Source: Camelus ferus
Lineage: Eukaryota
NCBI RefSeq assembly: GCF_009834535.1
Contig: NC_045697.1
Location: forward strand, 54,872,001 to 54,936,000
DNA length: 64,000 nucleotides
Reading direction: 5' to 3'
Positions within the stretch are counted from its first letter, which is position 1, and each line of letters begins with the position of its first letter. A model generated the notes under the pieces. The model searched no databases and was not told the DNA's origin. It saw only the letters and a program-made list of their open reading frames with translations. The position numbers and the translations under genes are program-made. Shown here piece by piece: positions 39,401 to 53,400 of this stretch.

Positions 39401-40663
39401 AAAATTTTATCTTTTTAAGATACAGATGGAATTAAAACATGTTGGAACATTGAATGAGACGATTCAGTAGAGAGGAAGAAGGCTAAAGTTGCAGAAGAGA
39501 GAATGACTGGAGAATAGTCTCTAAGAAGGGAAAGAAGAGAAAAAGGAGGTAGTTGGGAATCTGATAGGACCTCTGCTTCAGCAGTCAAGAAGAAGTAGAT
39601 AGGGTGCATGTCCAGGGCTAGGAGAATTTGTAATTCTAAACAAAGGTAAATGTCTTTTAAAAATACTCACATTTTGGAACCAACCTTCAACTCAGTTTTA
39701 TAGCTCCATTTTATTATGTAGGGATTTGATACAGTGTCTTACATAAACCCTCAGTTTAACCAAACTAAATTTGGTTAAAAAAATTCCATTAGGTTTCCAT
39801 CTGCTTCATTCAGATTTATAGGGTGATTCTACTTGACTTTATAAAATTCTTTGCCTTTAAGATACCCAAGTTAAAATCTAGGTGGTGTTGGAAATCTCTC
39901 ATTCTTGTGAGTCAGAGTGATTGATCCTTTAAGCAAAGCTTTACTGATGATATTCATTTATGCATGCCCTGCCCTGCTCTATACCTCTAAGCATCAGAGC
40001 CTCCTGATCCTCCCATCCAAAAGCATTTCCAGAATCTCCTTAACAGCTTATAGCACTCTCTGCTTTGGGGACTGATGGATAAGACATTGCAAGCTTTTTG
40101 GGGAAAGTGTGGCTATCATTTATTTTCTAGGGAATAAGTAGTAGTGCACACATCATGATAAAAATGGATGAGTATGAAGTTATTTCCTAAAAGAATATAA
40201 AGATGTTTTACAAGATGCAGTGTAATTGTTAGGATTTGTCCCTGGCCCAGTCTAATGTTGACAGGGACACAGCCAGGATATGTCTGAAACATTTTCCCCA
40301 GGGCTTATTGAATAGCAAATGTAATTCCTGGGGGAAAGCTTGATGTTCATGGTCTTTGATGTACTTGCAGTTGAAAGTCAGGATAAAAGCTTCTTCTACG
40401 GCTCTGACAGCTTGGCAGATATATTCATGCTAAATCGTGCGGGTTCTTAATGCTTGTATTTTCACAATGTTAATTGTAATTTACCAACATCTTGTTAATT
40501 TCAAATGCATTTATAATGGTTTTGGACCATTCCTGTCTTGAAAGACTCTGGTGAGATCTCTCTTCACACTTAAGCGAGTGGTGGCAGGGAAGATTAAGTA
40601 AGTGATCTTTCCTCCTCCTTATCTTTCTTTTCTACCTCTCCTTCGTCGTTTTCTTTCTCTCCC

Positions 40664-40665
<2 letters not shown>

Positions 40666-40715
<50 letters not shown>
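40666..40715. repeat. (TG)n microsatellite, about 24 units
   Basis: Direct reading. Confidence 0.95.
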
Positions 40716-40716
<1 letters not shown>

Positions 40717-40979
40717 AGGGGCTTCTTACTCCCTTTGTCCTATTTATTCTTTTCTAACTTACATGCTAGATAAATTAAATATTCAGTATAAATAAACTTT
40801 AAGACTCCATTGCTCCATAAGTTAGTAAAATTACAGTATTATAAATCTATTGATACCAAATACTCAATTTCAGGTGTCACTCACAGCCATTTGGGTATTA
40901 TCTCTTGTTTCTTGTATATATGAATGGCTGCATACATAAAATACTTAACATAGGACTAGTAACTTAAAAACTTAAAAAA

Positions 40980-41240
40980 TTTTTTATTGAAATGTAGTTG
41001 ATTTACAATGTTAGTTTCAGGTATACAGCAAAGTGATTCAGTTCTACATATACATATATATTTTTTCTCTTTCTTTTCAAATTGTTTTCCATTATATGTT
41101 ATTACAAGAAATTGAATATAATTCCCTGTGCTATACAGTAGGTCCTTGTTGTTTATCTATTTTATATATAGTAATGGTGTCTGTTAATTCCCCAAATCTG
41201 AATTTATCCCTCCCTGCCCTTTCTCCTTTGCTAACCATAG
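40980..41240 (-). mobile_element. 5'-truncated L1 3' UTR fragment
   Basis: TTTTTATTGAAATGTAGTTGATTTACAATGTTAG...TTCCCTGTGCTATACAGTAGGTCC; same family as the fragments at 17324 and 21405. Confidence 0.85.
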
Positions 41241-41317
41241 TAAATTATAAATGTCTAACAATCTTCTCTCCTTTTATATACCCTGATCTTGGTCTCATAT
41301 TGACATTGCTCAAGTAC

Positions 41318-41818
41318 TGTAAGGCCTAATATTTCAAGTGCTTCTTGATATCTTTGAGCCTCACAGGGCCCCAAAGACCTAACTGTGAGTTGCTTCCCTT
41401 GCTCTTGTCAGATGTACTTTCCGCTGGCAAAAAAGGCTCCCCGCCCAGATAGCTCCCCTGTTAACTGGACTAGCTGCACCCTACCTGGTCCTCAAGCTGA
41501 TGGATTACACTTCCCTTCCTGCACATAGAATTACTCAACAAGCCAACCACATCCTACGGCAGGAACAAGGGGCACATTACCCTCTTGCTACTATAAACTT
41601 TCTACCCACAGCCACTGTTGGTTCACTCTGCTCCTGAATGCAACCCCTGCACAGTATATAGTGTCTCCTTCCCTTGAGCTGTGAGTATATATGACTAACA
41701 AACTTCTCTCAATCTCGTGTGTCCATTGTTGGGGAGCATGTGCTCAGGCATCTTGTAATATTTAGAGAAGGAGATCCTTTTTTTTACCAACGGGACAAGT
41801 AGGATATAATCAGAAACA
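41318..41818 (+). mobile_element. Solo ERV LTR (family not assigned)
   Basis: TGTAAGG...ACA termini about 500 bp apart, internal TATAAA at about 41593, degenerate poly(A) signal TAACAAAC at about 41697. Confidence 0.55.
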
Positions 41819-44149
41819 TCTCATTTCTATCTTCATAGAGGAACAAATATCACATCCTGCTGGATTTTAATCAGGCTTAAAGTCTCTATGATTAATCTAA
41901 TTTCACTTTTATTTTCATATACAAACTTTAAAAGAGTGACAAGTTTTGACACTATTTAAAATTTCGGATAGATTTAGGCTATTGCTTCTTTCCTTTTCAG
42001 CTGTTTTCAGTAATTTATATACATATGCATACATACATGCATATTTTAAGCTACTTCAGCTTTTATAATGGTTTTGAACATGGTTAGTAGAAGTTGCCTT
42101 TACAACAATTTGAAAACAATGTTAAAAAAATGATCTATTTATTTTTGAAAAATTGCCTATCAAAGTGATTGCCCAACTCAAACAAATCTGTCATTGTTTG
42201 TATGTGTATATCTAACTGTGACCCTGTTGTCTAGAGAAACTCTTTTGAAATTAAAAAAGAAATTAGTGAGTCATTTTTAAATCTAAGTGGATTAGTGGCT
42301 AAGGCTTGCAATAACATAAACAATCAGTGGAGGTTATAACTAAATTTCTCTACCCAAAGTATACTTTCTAAGTCAGTGAAGCCTTAAATTACTGAATTCG
42401 TTCATTCATTGATTCAGCATGTACTTATTATACTCCTATGTGTGTACTAAGTTAACTACTTTGGAGGGTGCTGAGAGGATAATAAAAATTGCTTAGGACA
42501 TAATACCAGGCTAAGAATCTAAGCCAACTCATAAAATTACAAAATTGTAGAGCTGGGAATGACTAGAATTTCGGCTCAGAGAATCAGAGTCTTACCAAAG
42601 ATCACACAAACTCTGTTAGCCTGATAGGCTGCAATGTGTGTTATAAAAGTGATTCACTGAATGGCAGTGACAAGAAAAGCAGTTCTCTTTCAAGTGCCGA
42701 AACATGTGAAGAAATCAAAATATGTTATAGGAGATAAGAGAGATATGCGTAGGTAGTCCTTATTTATGAGAGTTCATGAAGAAAGGAGGTTTTTAGCTGA
42801 GCCCAGGAATGGTTTAATATAACTTTCACATGCAAGGGGGAAAGGCTAAGGACATTTTTATTAAAAGGGGTATCAGAAGCACAATTCTCTATATTTAGGA
42901 ATGTGGTGAATGTATGCTTGGGTCCATAGGGTTACTGACTGAATTAGAAGTTAAATTGCTTTTTAGAAATAAGAGTAGATAGTAAAATAAGAAGTTAGAA
43001 AATATTAGTGCAATAAGTTAGCTAGTAGAAGTGTTAGTAAAATTCTAATATTTCTATGATTTTAGAGAGTTGATGTGGTTGCAGAATACTTCTAAAATAA
43101 ACAAGAAGAAGCTTAGGCACTTGAGAAATCATGCTTACCATTGTTTGTTGTCTGCCTCATGAGAAGTTTGAAAGACCAATTTAATTTCCATGGATGTTAG
43201 AAACGTTGCTCCAACTTGGCTTGTCTCATTATTCTCCATCACACCTCACCAAAATTGATTCCTGCTGATGACTAGACATGTCCACAGTTGTTTGAACCAA
43301 TGTTAATAATGATTATCATTTATTCAACATCTACTGTGTGCTCATGCACTGTGATGCAAATTAAAATACCTTTCTCTTGTATTGGAGAAAGTGATATCTT
43401 GTTAGGGTAGATATATGCGTCTCTCTTTTTGTGCTAGAAAATGAAAGTTATCCATCATTCATGCCTAGAGGGAGGAAGTGGGGTACACCTTTTGTACCAG
43501 CATCTTGAGAGTAACTCACCTTGGAAATTGACTCATATTTGGGCTTTGAAGCTGTCATTTCCCCTATGAGAAGATAATTGTAATAGGGCCAGAACTGACA
43601 AGTGGTGTTTTGATGTAAACAATGAACAAACCAACAGATCAATAAATGCTGAGCAAGGCATGCTTCACGTCAGATTATATTGACTTACTGTAAAAATAAT
43701 GGAGTGACAAAATGAAAATGTGTTATGTTTTATCTGAGTTATGGTCATAGCAATATAGAAAGTAATAGATTAACTCAGATAAGACTTGCTGCAAAAAAAG
43801 CATCAAGAACAACTGTAAGAAAATCAATTTGCGAACACCTTCATGGAAGCCACTTTCTAAGGAACAATCACCACACTTTACTAAAGAAAAAGACCTGTCA
43901 CACTTACTTGTTCACTATCGGTAATATAGGACCAGGCTGGCCAGGAATTACATTTTTATTTTAGCTAAGGATTTGACCTTCAACAGAGGTTGTTTTAGTA
44001 ATGTTATTACTCAGAGGCATCAGTTCAATGTCCTAGAGCATCAAAATTCAAAATCTTGAGTGCTTTTTGACAAGATCTTGGAAGTAAAACGGTGATGGAC
44101 AATGATCTGTATCTTTGGACCAGTATGATGAGTAGACAGCCCTGGCTGT

Positions 44150-47100
44150 TAACTCTTTCATTTCTGCCTAGCCTTTGAGTCAGGGTTGCATGCTTCTCAG
44201 AGTGGCCTTACCCAATGGCTAATCCAGACTGTGCTATGTATGACAGGCTGCATCCACCCAACATGGAACTGCTCTAACAGGTAATTTTTACACCAGAGCA
44301 CCCTGCTGGCTTGTAGACACTTTGTCAGAATCTCCTGCTTGGTTCTGTTTTTTTCTTTTTTCCTTTCATGGGTGTTTCTTGCTAATGAAACTTTTGTACT
44401 CTTAACTCTGTCTCAGAATCTGCTTCCTGAAGAACTCAAGTGACACAGAGGTCTGGTAAAACAGCCAGTTAGATGGAATTTGGGATCTGGATTGCTCACC
44501 ACCTGATGGGTAATGAGGATCCTATCCCAGGTAGTACCCCTGGCAAAAATACCTTATTCTTGGCACAAAGTTGTGGCCTAGTTGCTAAAATTTCATTAGT
44601 GGACACTCTGGAGATACTTCTAAGAGAGGAGATGCAGTGGAAGGGTACAAAATACTGATGACCAAACTCGAGATTCAACATTTACAGACCTTCAGAGATG
44701 ATTGAATGCTCAGCCAAGGCAGGACTGTTAAGCCAAAGTTAGCATCTGCTTGGAAAACCTGAACCCTGACACATTTGTGTGGGTGTTCCTCCAGCTTTTT
44801 GCTCCATCAATTTCTCTGACTCCTCGGATCCTCTAGAGGTGATCCATGCTTCCTTATTAAAAACTAGCACATCACTATGTGGAAAGATACTACTGAGGTC
44901 TTTCTTGTAAGGCATCAGGGACTCCTCTCAGGATTACCTCCTACTCTCTTAGCTTTTAGGCCAATAACTAGAGTTAATTTGAAGCATAACTAAGCTGGAG
45001 ATAAGGTGGACATGAAATGGGAGGAGAGGACTTTATACCAAAGTATCTCCAAAAAATTAGCCAGCATGAACCAGCAAGAGCTGCAGGAATTTACTTGGGA
45101 CTGGATTTAGTGGGTGCCAGAATCAAATCAAAGAGGCCAAAATATAAATTTGAATAAGGGGAAATGTATTCACATGGGACACACTCTCAGGATACTGGCT
45201 TAATATCCTAACAAGGACCAAGGTGATGGAACAAAGTTGCTGCAAACATGACCCCTAGAAACAACAGCCCTTGTTGAATGAAATTGAAATGACTGAATTG
45301 CCATGAAAAATGGTAGAGGAAGGGATTAAAAAAGCTTGAAAATGGGCATGCTAGAGTGGATATATTACGTGAGCCCAGAAAACCCATCAGAAGACCCACA
45401 GTAAAGTTAGGAGGACATAACATTCACCAAGCCCATCAGAAATGCATTAGTGTGAGAGGGGTCCAGGATCATGAAAATGTGTAGCAGAGACGTTCTCTGA
45501 AAGTTTGGGTTTATGGGAAGGAGGTTGTAATGGAACTTGGCTTTTTGATAGCAATAGGGATGATATAGTTCTGAAGTAATATAGACCAGGAGTGGCGCTT
45601 AAATTCTAGAAGCCAGGAGCCACAATGATTATAACATCTGTTAAGGTCAGAGGAGCAGCACCGGAACTTGACGCACAGAGAGTTGTGAAGATGGTAATAG
45701 AATGCAGAATTTTAAGGGAAAAATAAGTGGGTAGCTAAGATACTGCTTAGTATGTGTGATCAAAGGAAAGAAAGATGGATGAGCAGGAAAAGGAAGATCA
45801 TAGCCTCCATAAAATGCCACATCATTTGCCCAGTCTCCATAACCGTGCCAGTTTTCAGGTCTGGAACCTATTGATTGATGAGGTGGCAAGGCCGTCAGGA
45901 AAAAGGAACTTGTAGCAGCACCAGCATGTCCTGTAATGATTTTCCCAGTCTCTCCCCAAAGGACTGATAGCCTACTCAGTGACTGGTATATTGGGAAGAA
46001 GAAATATGGAAACATTTGAGTATTGGACATAAGACTTCAGCTGCCCTAATACCCAGAGGGCTGACACATCGTCATTGCTGCACCCCCATTAAAATGACGA
46101 CATACAGGGGTGAAGTAGTAAATATAATCTTGGCCAAAATCTAGCTTAGAGTGGATCCACTGCATCTATAAATACAACTAATCTTTATTTCCGTGGACCC
46201 TGAATGTATAATTGGGATTGGCATTCTTGACAGTTGGAGAAACCCTCAGCTTGGATCCTTGCTCTGTAGTGAAGAAGGCTAACCAGAAGCCACTGAAACA
46301 GCCCCTCATTGGCCAGGGTGGTGGGGTAGAAATAAGTGCCACTTCTAAAGACCTAATAAATCTCTATTATATCTCTGTTTAATTTGCCACTCTGGCCACT
46401 GCAGAAACCGTATGGGTCCTGGAGAATGATTATAGACTACCTTAATGTCAACCAAGTGATAGAGTTAATTACAGCTGCCATGCCATACATGATATTCCTA
46501 GAGCACGTTAGTATGATCTCAGGTACATGGTATCTGGCCACTGATTTGTTGAATGCATTTTTTTTTTCTATTCCAGTAGAGAAAGAGGGTCATAGTTTGC
46601 ATTCATACAGAACAGAGAACAATATGCACTTACACATTTGTCCCGGTGCTTTACTAATTCCTCTGCTATCTATCATAATATAATCCAAATAGCTATGGAC
46701 AGACTTGATGTTCCCCAAAACATCACATGGATCTAGTACATAAGTGATATTATGCTGATCAAGCAGAATGAACAAGAGGCAGCAAGAATGCTAGAGATAC
46801 TGGTAAGATACATGCCCCCCAAATAGTGGGGAATTAACCTGACAGTAAGAAACTAAATATGTGTCCTTGGAATGATATTATTCTTTGAGAAGATCAATCA
46901 GGCTCTTGATATCAAGTTAACTATTTTGGGCCCCCTCTGTCCTGGAAATATCAGCAGTTCTTTCTCATAGCAATAGACACATCCTGGATGCTATCTTTCT
47001 TTCCTGCAGAGCATCAATCAAAATCACAATCCATGGCTTATGGAATACTTGGTCCCTGGGCATTATTTCTCTACAATATGATGCCTGACCAAGGGACCCA

Positions 47101-48420
47101 CTTAGTGAAGAGGGTGAGAAGGTGGGCCCATGACCATAGGTTCCATTGGTTGAGTTATATACTGCACCATCCAAAAGTAGCCAGCCTGACAGATCACTGG
47201 AATGGTCTACTGAAGGCACAGCTGAAGTACTAGGTCAAAGGCAATAGTTTGTGAAGGCCAGGGGCTATACTCAAGGTTGTAGTATACCCATTGACTTAAA
47301 GAATCTATATGATGCTCTGAGCCCAAGAGGGAGAATTAATTGGTCTGGGTACAAAGAATTGGAAGCAGGCATGCCTCCACTTACCATTGTTCCCAATGAC
47401 CCACGGGGGAACTGTTTGCCATTGCTGCAACTCTGAGCTCTGTAAATTAGAGGTATTGTTCCCCAAAGGAATGTCACTCTTGTCAAGGGATGCAACAAGG
47501 ATTTATTTGAACTATAAGCTATAGTTACTACCTGAGCACTTGGACTCTTTGTGTCCAGGAACCAGGAGTCAAGAAGGGGAATCATGACACTGGTAGGGAT
47601 AATTGACCTGATCATCAAGAGGAGGTAGGGCTGCTATTACTGTGGGGACAAGGAATAATACATATGGAGTTTTGTACCCACTTGGGTGCCTGTTAGTAAT
47701 CACTTGATCCACTGTGATTATAAATAGATAAGTTCAGCAACCGTTATGTAAGAAAGATATATGTTTATCAAGGCTCCGATTTCCCAGAAGTGACGATTTT
47801 GGTCATATCTCCAGGTAAGCCATTGCGATCACCAGAGGTGATGGCTGAAGGCAAGGAAAATTTAAAATGGAAAGGGAAGGAAGAAGATGACTTCAGCCTT
47901 AGAACCAACAACAGTGACAGGGTTTGTACTTCTTTTCCCTAACTCAACTTTTCTAGGTTCTTCCTTTGGAAGAGAGCTTAGAGTTCCTGGAGCTCCCTGC
48001 ACATAAATGGAGAAGTGGATCCACATGGTACAGAGGGTATGCTATAGCAGACACAGAGATACAGTGCTCAGATTCCTCCTCAAAAGGAGCTCATTGCCCT
48101 GTTTTGAAAACTGTTCCTAGCTGAAAGCTTCTAGCTGTTAACATGTTCAGGTCCATGTCCCATTTGAGTGAAGATGACCTCCTAGTGGTGCCCCCAGACA
48201 GTGACAGAGAAAGACTCTTGTACGAAGATCTAGCCATTTTTGCCCTGTGCAGAACTCCTTTAATGGGTACTTTTCCCTCCGGAGCTCCCCTTTAGCTTAT
48301 CCAAGACATTGTCAAATCTGCAATTCAGACTGCTGGCTCCCCTACACAGTCCTGCTTCCTACCTTTTCCTTTCACAAATGTCAATCCTTAATAACACATT
48401 ACACTCTTAACTTCTCTGAA
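44150..48420 (+). mobile_element. Decayed ERVL-class provirus (LTR16/ERV3-16A3-like) with gag, pro, RT, IN and dUTPase remnants
   Basis: RT PLWPLQKPYGSWRMIIDY...GTWYLATDLLNAFFFSIPV (46384-46600) and YISDIML (about 46737, degenerate YIDD); integrase DQGTHL...WAHDH..HW..HHP...HWNGLLKAQLK (47085-47230); dUTPase-like region about 47450-47640; LTR-like ends at about 44150-44445 and 48040-48420. Confidence 0.85.
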
Positions 48421-50417
48421 CAGTCAAATGGCTCACAAAAAGTAAAACATCTACTCGATATACATTAAAACTTGTGTGACACTTTGGCACTATTCCTGAA
48501 GAAAAAAACAAGCCAGGACATGCTCCAGATCAGTGATTAGAAAAATCTAGGGTAAAGGGATAGAAAAGAGGTTGCAAGGAGATATATAAAAGCAGACAAG
48601 AAGGTTTAGGAGTAAACAATCTTGGAAGATGAGGGATAAAAAAATAGTCTACAGTGCTGAAATGTGCACCATATTCTGGAAAACTAAAACTAGGGAGCTG
48701 TTTTAAGGGTTAATGGGATTAAATTTAAGATTAGTAGGAAGAAATATTTTTTATTGTTATGGGTAACTATAGTCTTTGAATGGCTATTTCTGTGATGGTA
48801 AATACATAATCATTAAGTAAATGCTAGAGACTTTATATTTATATTTATTTTTGAAGTTGATTTTGGGGAATATACCCATTCTTTCTTACAATGAATTTTT
48901 TGAATTTGCTGTCAGAGTTAGAACATTGTGTGAGGTACCTGGGGTTAGGGGGGAGAGGTACCCAGATTCATATACTCTTAGATTTGGATGCTCCCTTTTT
49001 TGACATAAGTGTTCTCTTTCTTGGGAATAAATATCTTTAATTTTATTTATCTTAGAAGAGAATATCCGGAGAAAAGCACAATGACTACTTTCAAATACTT
49101 GAAAGACTGATGCTATGGCCAAGGGTAAATAGTGGAAAAAAGCACATAATTAACCTAGTACAGAGAAAACTTGCCCACAGAGACATCTTCAGAAAGTTTT
49201 AATCTTCCTGTCACTCAGAGTATTCAAGAATTCAAAGAAAGGCAGACATATCAAGGTGGTCATGGAAGAAACTTTGGGGGGTCATCTTACTAGCTGATGT
49301 TAAGACTCCCATTCTTAGTTGAAAGAATAGAAGTTAGAATCTAATGCTATATGAAGGCTTATTCTTCAGAATATCTATTAAATGTTTATAGAATTAAAAA
49401 CACAGTAAAAGGGGCTAAGATATAGAGGCTACAAGATATATGGAAGATATAGACTGGATATATAATAAATATAGCTAACAGCAAAAATGTGAAAGGAATA
49501 TTATACAGTTGTAAAATCTTCTAGAGGACATAAAGTCTATATAAAATCCTCATCTAGGATTGTTATCTAGGATTATGGAATTCTGGCCTATTCTGAGGGT
49601 GGGACAGCAGACATCAATATATTTGAGTATCTTCTAATGTCTTGCCTGGTCCCAAGAGTTAGTTCTTTGAATTTGTACTGTTTTTGGAAGAATATGAAGT
49701 GTATCCAGGAAATTTCTATTTTAAGTTAGGACAGCCCTGTCACAACTGTAGTGAAGAAGGCTATCACCTTTAGTTTTGGCTTTTTATGGTCTAAGGAGGA
49801 TGTCTTATTATATATCATATGTCCGTAAGAAGAATGGTTCTGGTGTGGTAAAAATGTATAGGGAGGTTTTATTTTATGTGAAGAAACAAAAATGATGATA
49901 AATCCGTATTATGTTCGTAAAGCTAATACAAAATGAATTTATGGCTTTTAGAAGTAGTTTAAAGCCTGCTTGAAAGACTTAAAAGCCCAAAGAATAGTGA
50001 TGAAAATAATTTACAACAGCTTGTCATCTATAGATTTTATTTTCATGTTTATATGAAAATTTCAATTTGTATTTACACTTCATGTAGATTCTTTTTTATT
50101 TTTAACATTTTTTATTGATTTATAATCATTTTACAATGTTGTGTCAAATTCCAGTGTTCAGCACAATTTTTCCGTTATTCATGGACATATACACACTCAT
50201 TGTCACATTTTTTTCTCTGTGAGTTATCATAACATTTTGTGTATATTTCCCTGTGCTATACAGTGTAGTCTATTCTACAATTTTGAAATCCCAGTCTATC
50301 CCTTCCCACCCTCCACCCCCCTGGTAACTACAAGTCTGTATTCTCTGTCTGTGAGTCTATTTCTGTCCTTTATTTACGCTTTGTTTTTGTTTGTTTGTTT
50401 GTTTTTGTTTTTGTTTT

Positions 50418-53400
50418 TTAGATTCCACATATGAGCGATCTCATATGGTATTTTTCTTTCTCTTTCTGGCTTACTTCACTTAGAATGACATTCTCCAGGA
50501 GCATCCATGTTGCTGCAAATGGCATCATGTTGTCGGTTTTTATGGCTGAGTAGTATTCCATTGTATAAATATACCACTTCTTCTTTATCCAGTCACCTGT
50601 TGATGGACATTTAGGCTGTTTCCTTGTTTTGGCTATTGTAAATAGTGCTGCTATGAACATTGGGGTGCAGGTGTCATCCTGAAGTAGTTTTCCTTCTGGA
50701 TACAAGCCCAGGAGTGGGATTCCTGGGTCATATGGGTAAGTCTATTCCTAGTCTTTTGAGGACTCTCCACACTGTTTTCCATAGTGGCTGCACCAAACTG
50801 CATTCCCACCAGCAGTGTAGGAGGGTTCCCCTTTCTCCACAGCCTCTCCAGCATTTGTCATTTGTGGATTTTTGAATGACGGCCATTCTGACTGGTGTGA
50901 GGTGATACCTCATTGTAGTTTTGATTTGCATTTCTCTGATAATTAGTGATATTGAGCATTTTTTCATGTGCTTTTTGATCATTTGTATGTCTTCCTTGGA
51001 GAATTGCTTGTTTAGGTCTTCTGCCCATTTTTGGATTGGGTTGTTTATTTTTTTCTTATTGAGTCGTATGAGCTGCTTATATATTCTGGAGCTCAAGCCT
51101 TTGTCGGTTTCACTTGCAAAAATTTTCTCCCATTCCGTAGGTTTTCTTCTTGTTTTACTTCTGGTTTCCTTTGCTGTGCAGAAGCTTGTAAGTTTCATTA
51201 GGTCCCATTTGTTTATTCTTGCTTTTATTTCTTCTAGGAGAAAATTTTTTAAATGTATGTCAGATAATGTTTTGCCTATGTTTTCCTCTAGGAGGTTTAT
51301 TAGATCTTGTCTTATGTTTAAGTCTTTAATCCATTTTGAGTTGATTTTTGTATATGGTGTAAGGGAGTGTTCTAGCTTCATTGTTTTACATGCTGCTGTC
51401 CAGTTTTCCCAACACCATTTGCTGAAGAGACTGTCTTTATTCCAATGTGTATTCTTGCCTCCTTTGTCAAAGATGAGTTGACCAAAAGTTTGTGGGTTCA
51501 TTTCTGGGCTCTCTATTCTGTTCCATTAGTCTATATGTCTGTTTTGGTACCAATACCATGCTGTCTTGATGACTGTAGCTCTATAGTATTGTCTGAAGTC
51601 TGGGAGAGTTATTCCTCCAGCCTCTTTCTTTCTCTTCAGTAATGCTTTGGCAATTCTAGGTCTTTGATGGTTCCATATGAATTTTATTATGATTTTTTCT
51701 AGTTCTGTGAAATACGTCCTGGGTAATTTGATAGGGATTGCATTAAATCTGTAGATTGCCTTGGGCAGTGTGACCATTTTAACAATATTGATTCTTCCAA
51801 TCCAAGAGCATGGAATATCTTTCCATTTTTTAAAGTCTTCTTTAATTTCCTTCATCAATGGTTTATAGTTTTCTGTGTATAATTCTTTCACCTCCTTGAT
51901 TAGATTTATTCCCAGATATTTTATTACTTTGGGTGCTATTTTAAAGGGGATTGTTTCTTTACTTTCTTCTTCTGTTGATTTATCGTTAGTGTAAAGAAAT
52001 GCAACTGATTTTTGAACGTTAATTTTGTAACGTGCTACCTTGCTAAATTCTTCAATCAGCTCTAGTAGCTTTTGTGTGGACCTTTTAGGGTTTTCTATAT
52101 ATAGTAACATGTCATCAGCATATAATGACACTTTTACCTCTTGTTTTCCAATTTGGATCCCTTTTATTTCTTTCTCTTGCCTGACTGCTGTGGCTAGGAC
52201 TTCCAGGACTATGTTGAATAGGAGTGGTGATAGTGGGCATCCTTGTCTTGTCCCAGATTTTAGTGGGAAGCTTTTGAGTTTTTCACCATTGAGTACTATG
52301 CTGGCTGTAGGTCTGTCATATATAGCTTTTATTATGTTGAGATATGTTCCCTCTATACCCACTTTGGCGAGAGTTTTTATCATAAATGGGTATTGAATTT
52401 TATCAAATGCTTTTTCTGCATCGATTGAGATGATCGTGTGGTTTTTGTCCTTTCTCTTGTTGATGTGATGTATTACGCTGATTGATTTGCGTATGTTGAA
52501 CCAGCCTTGTGTCCCTGGGATGAACCCCACTTGGTCATGATGTATAATCTTTTTTATGTGTTGTTGGATTCTATTTGCTAAAATTTTGGTGAGGATTTTG
52601 GCGTCTATGTTCATCAGTGATATTGGCCTATAATTCTCTTTTTTTTGTAGTGTCTTTGCCTGGTTTTGGTATGAGGGTGATGGTGGCTTCATAGAATGAG
52701 TTTGGGAGTATTCCCTCCTTTTCAATCGTCTGGAAGAGTTTGAGAAGGACTGGTATGAGTTCTTCTTTGTATGTTTGGTAGAATTCCCCGGTGAAGCCAT
52801 CCGGTCCTGGACTTTTATTTGTAGGGAGGTTTTTAATTGCTATTTCTATTTCCTTCCTAGTGATCGGATTGTTCAAGTGTTCAGATTCTTCTTGATTCAG
52901 TTTTGGTGGACAGTATGTTTCCAGAAACTTGTCCATCTCCTCTAGGTTATCCAGTTTGGTTCCATATAGTTTTTCATAATATTCTCGTATGATATTCTGT
53001 ATTTCTATTTTGTTTGTTGTAATTTCTCCATTTTCCTTTCTTATTTTGCTAATTTGTGCTCTCTCTTTTTTCTTCTTTGTGAGTTTGGCCAGAGGTTTGT
53101 CGATTTTATTTACTTTTTCAAAAAACCAGCTTTTGGTTTGGTTGATTTTTTCTATGGTCTTGTTAATCTCTATTGTATTTAATTCCTCTCTGATCTTTAT
53201 TATTTCCTTCCTTCTGCTGCTTTTTGGGGCTTTTTGTTCTTCTTTTTCTAATTCATTCAGGTGGTGGGTTAAATTGTTTATCTGAGATTGTTCTTCTTTT
53301 TTGAGGAAGGCCTGTATCGCTATAAACTTCCCTCTTAGCAGTGCCTTTGCTGTGTCCCATAGGTTTTGAGTGGTTGTGCTTTCATTATCATTTGTCTCAA

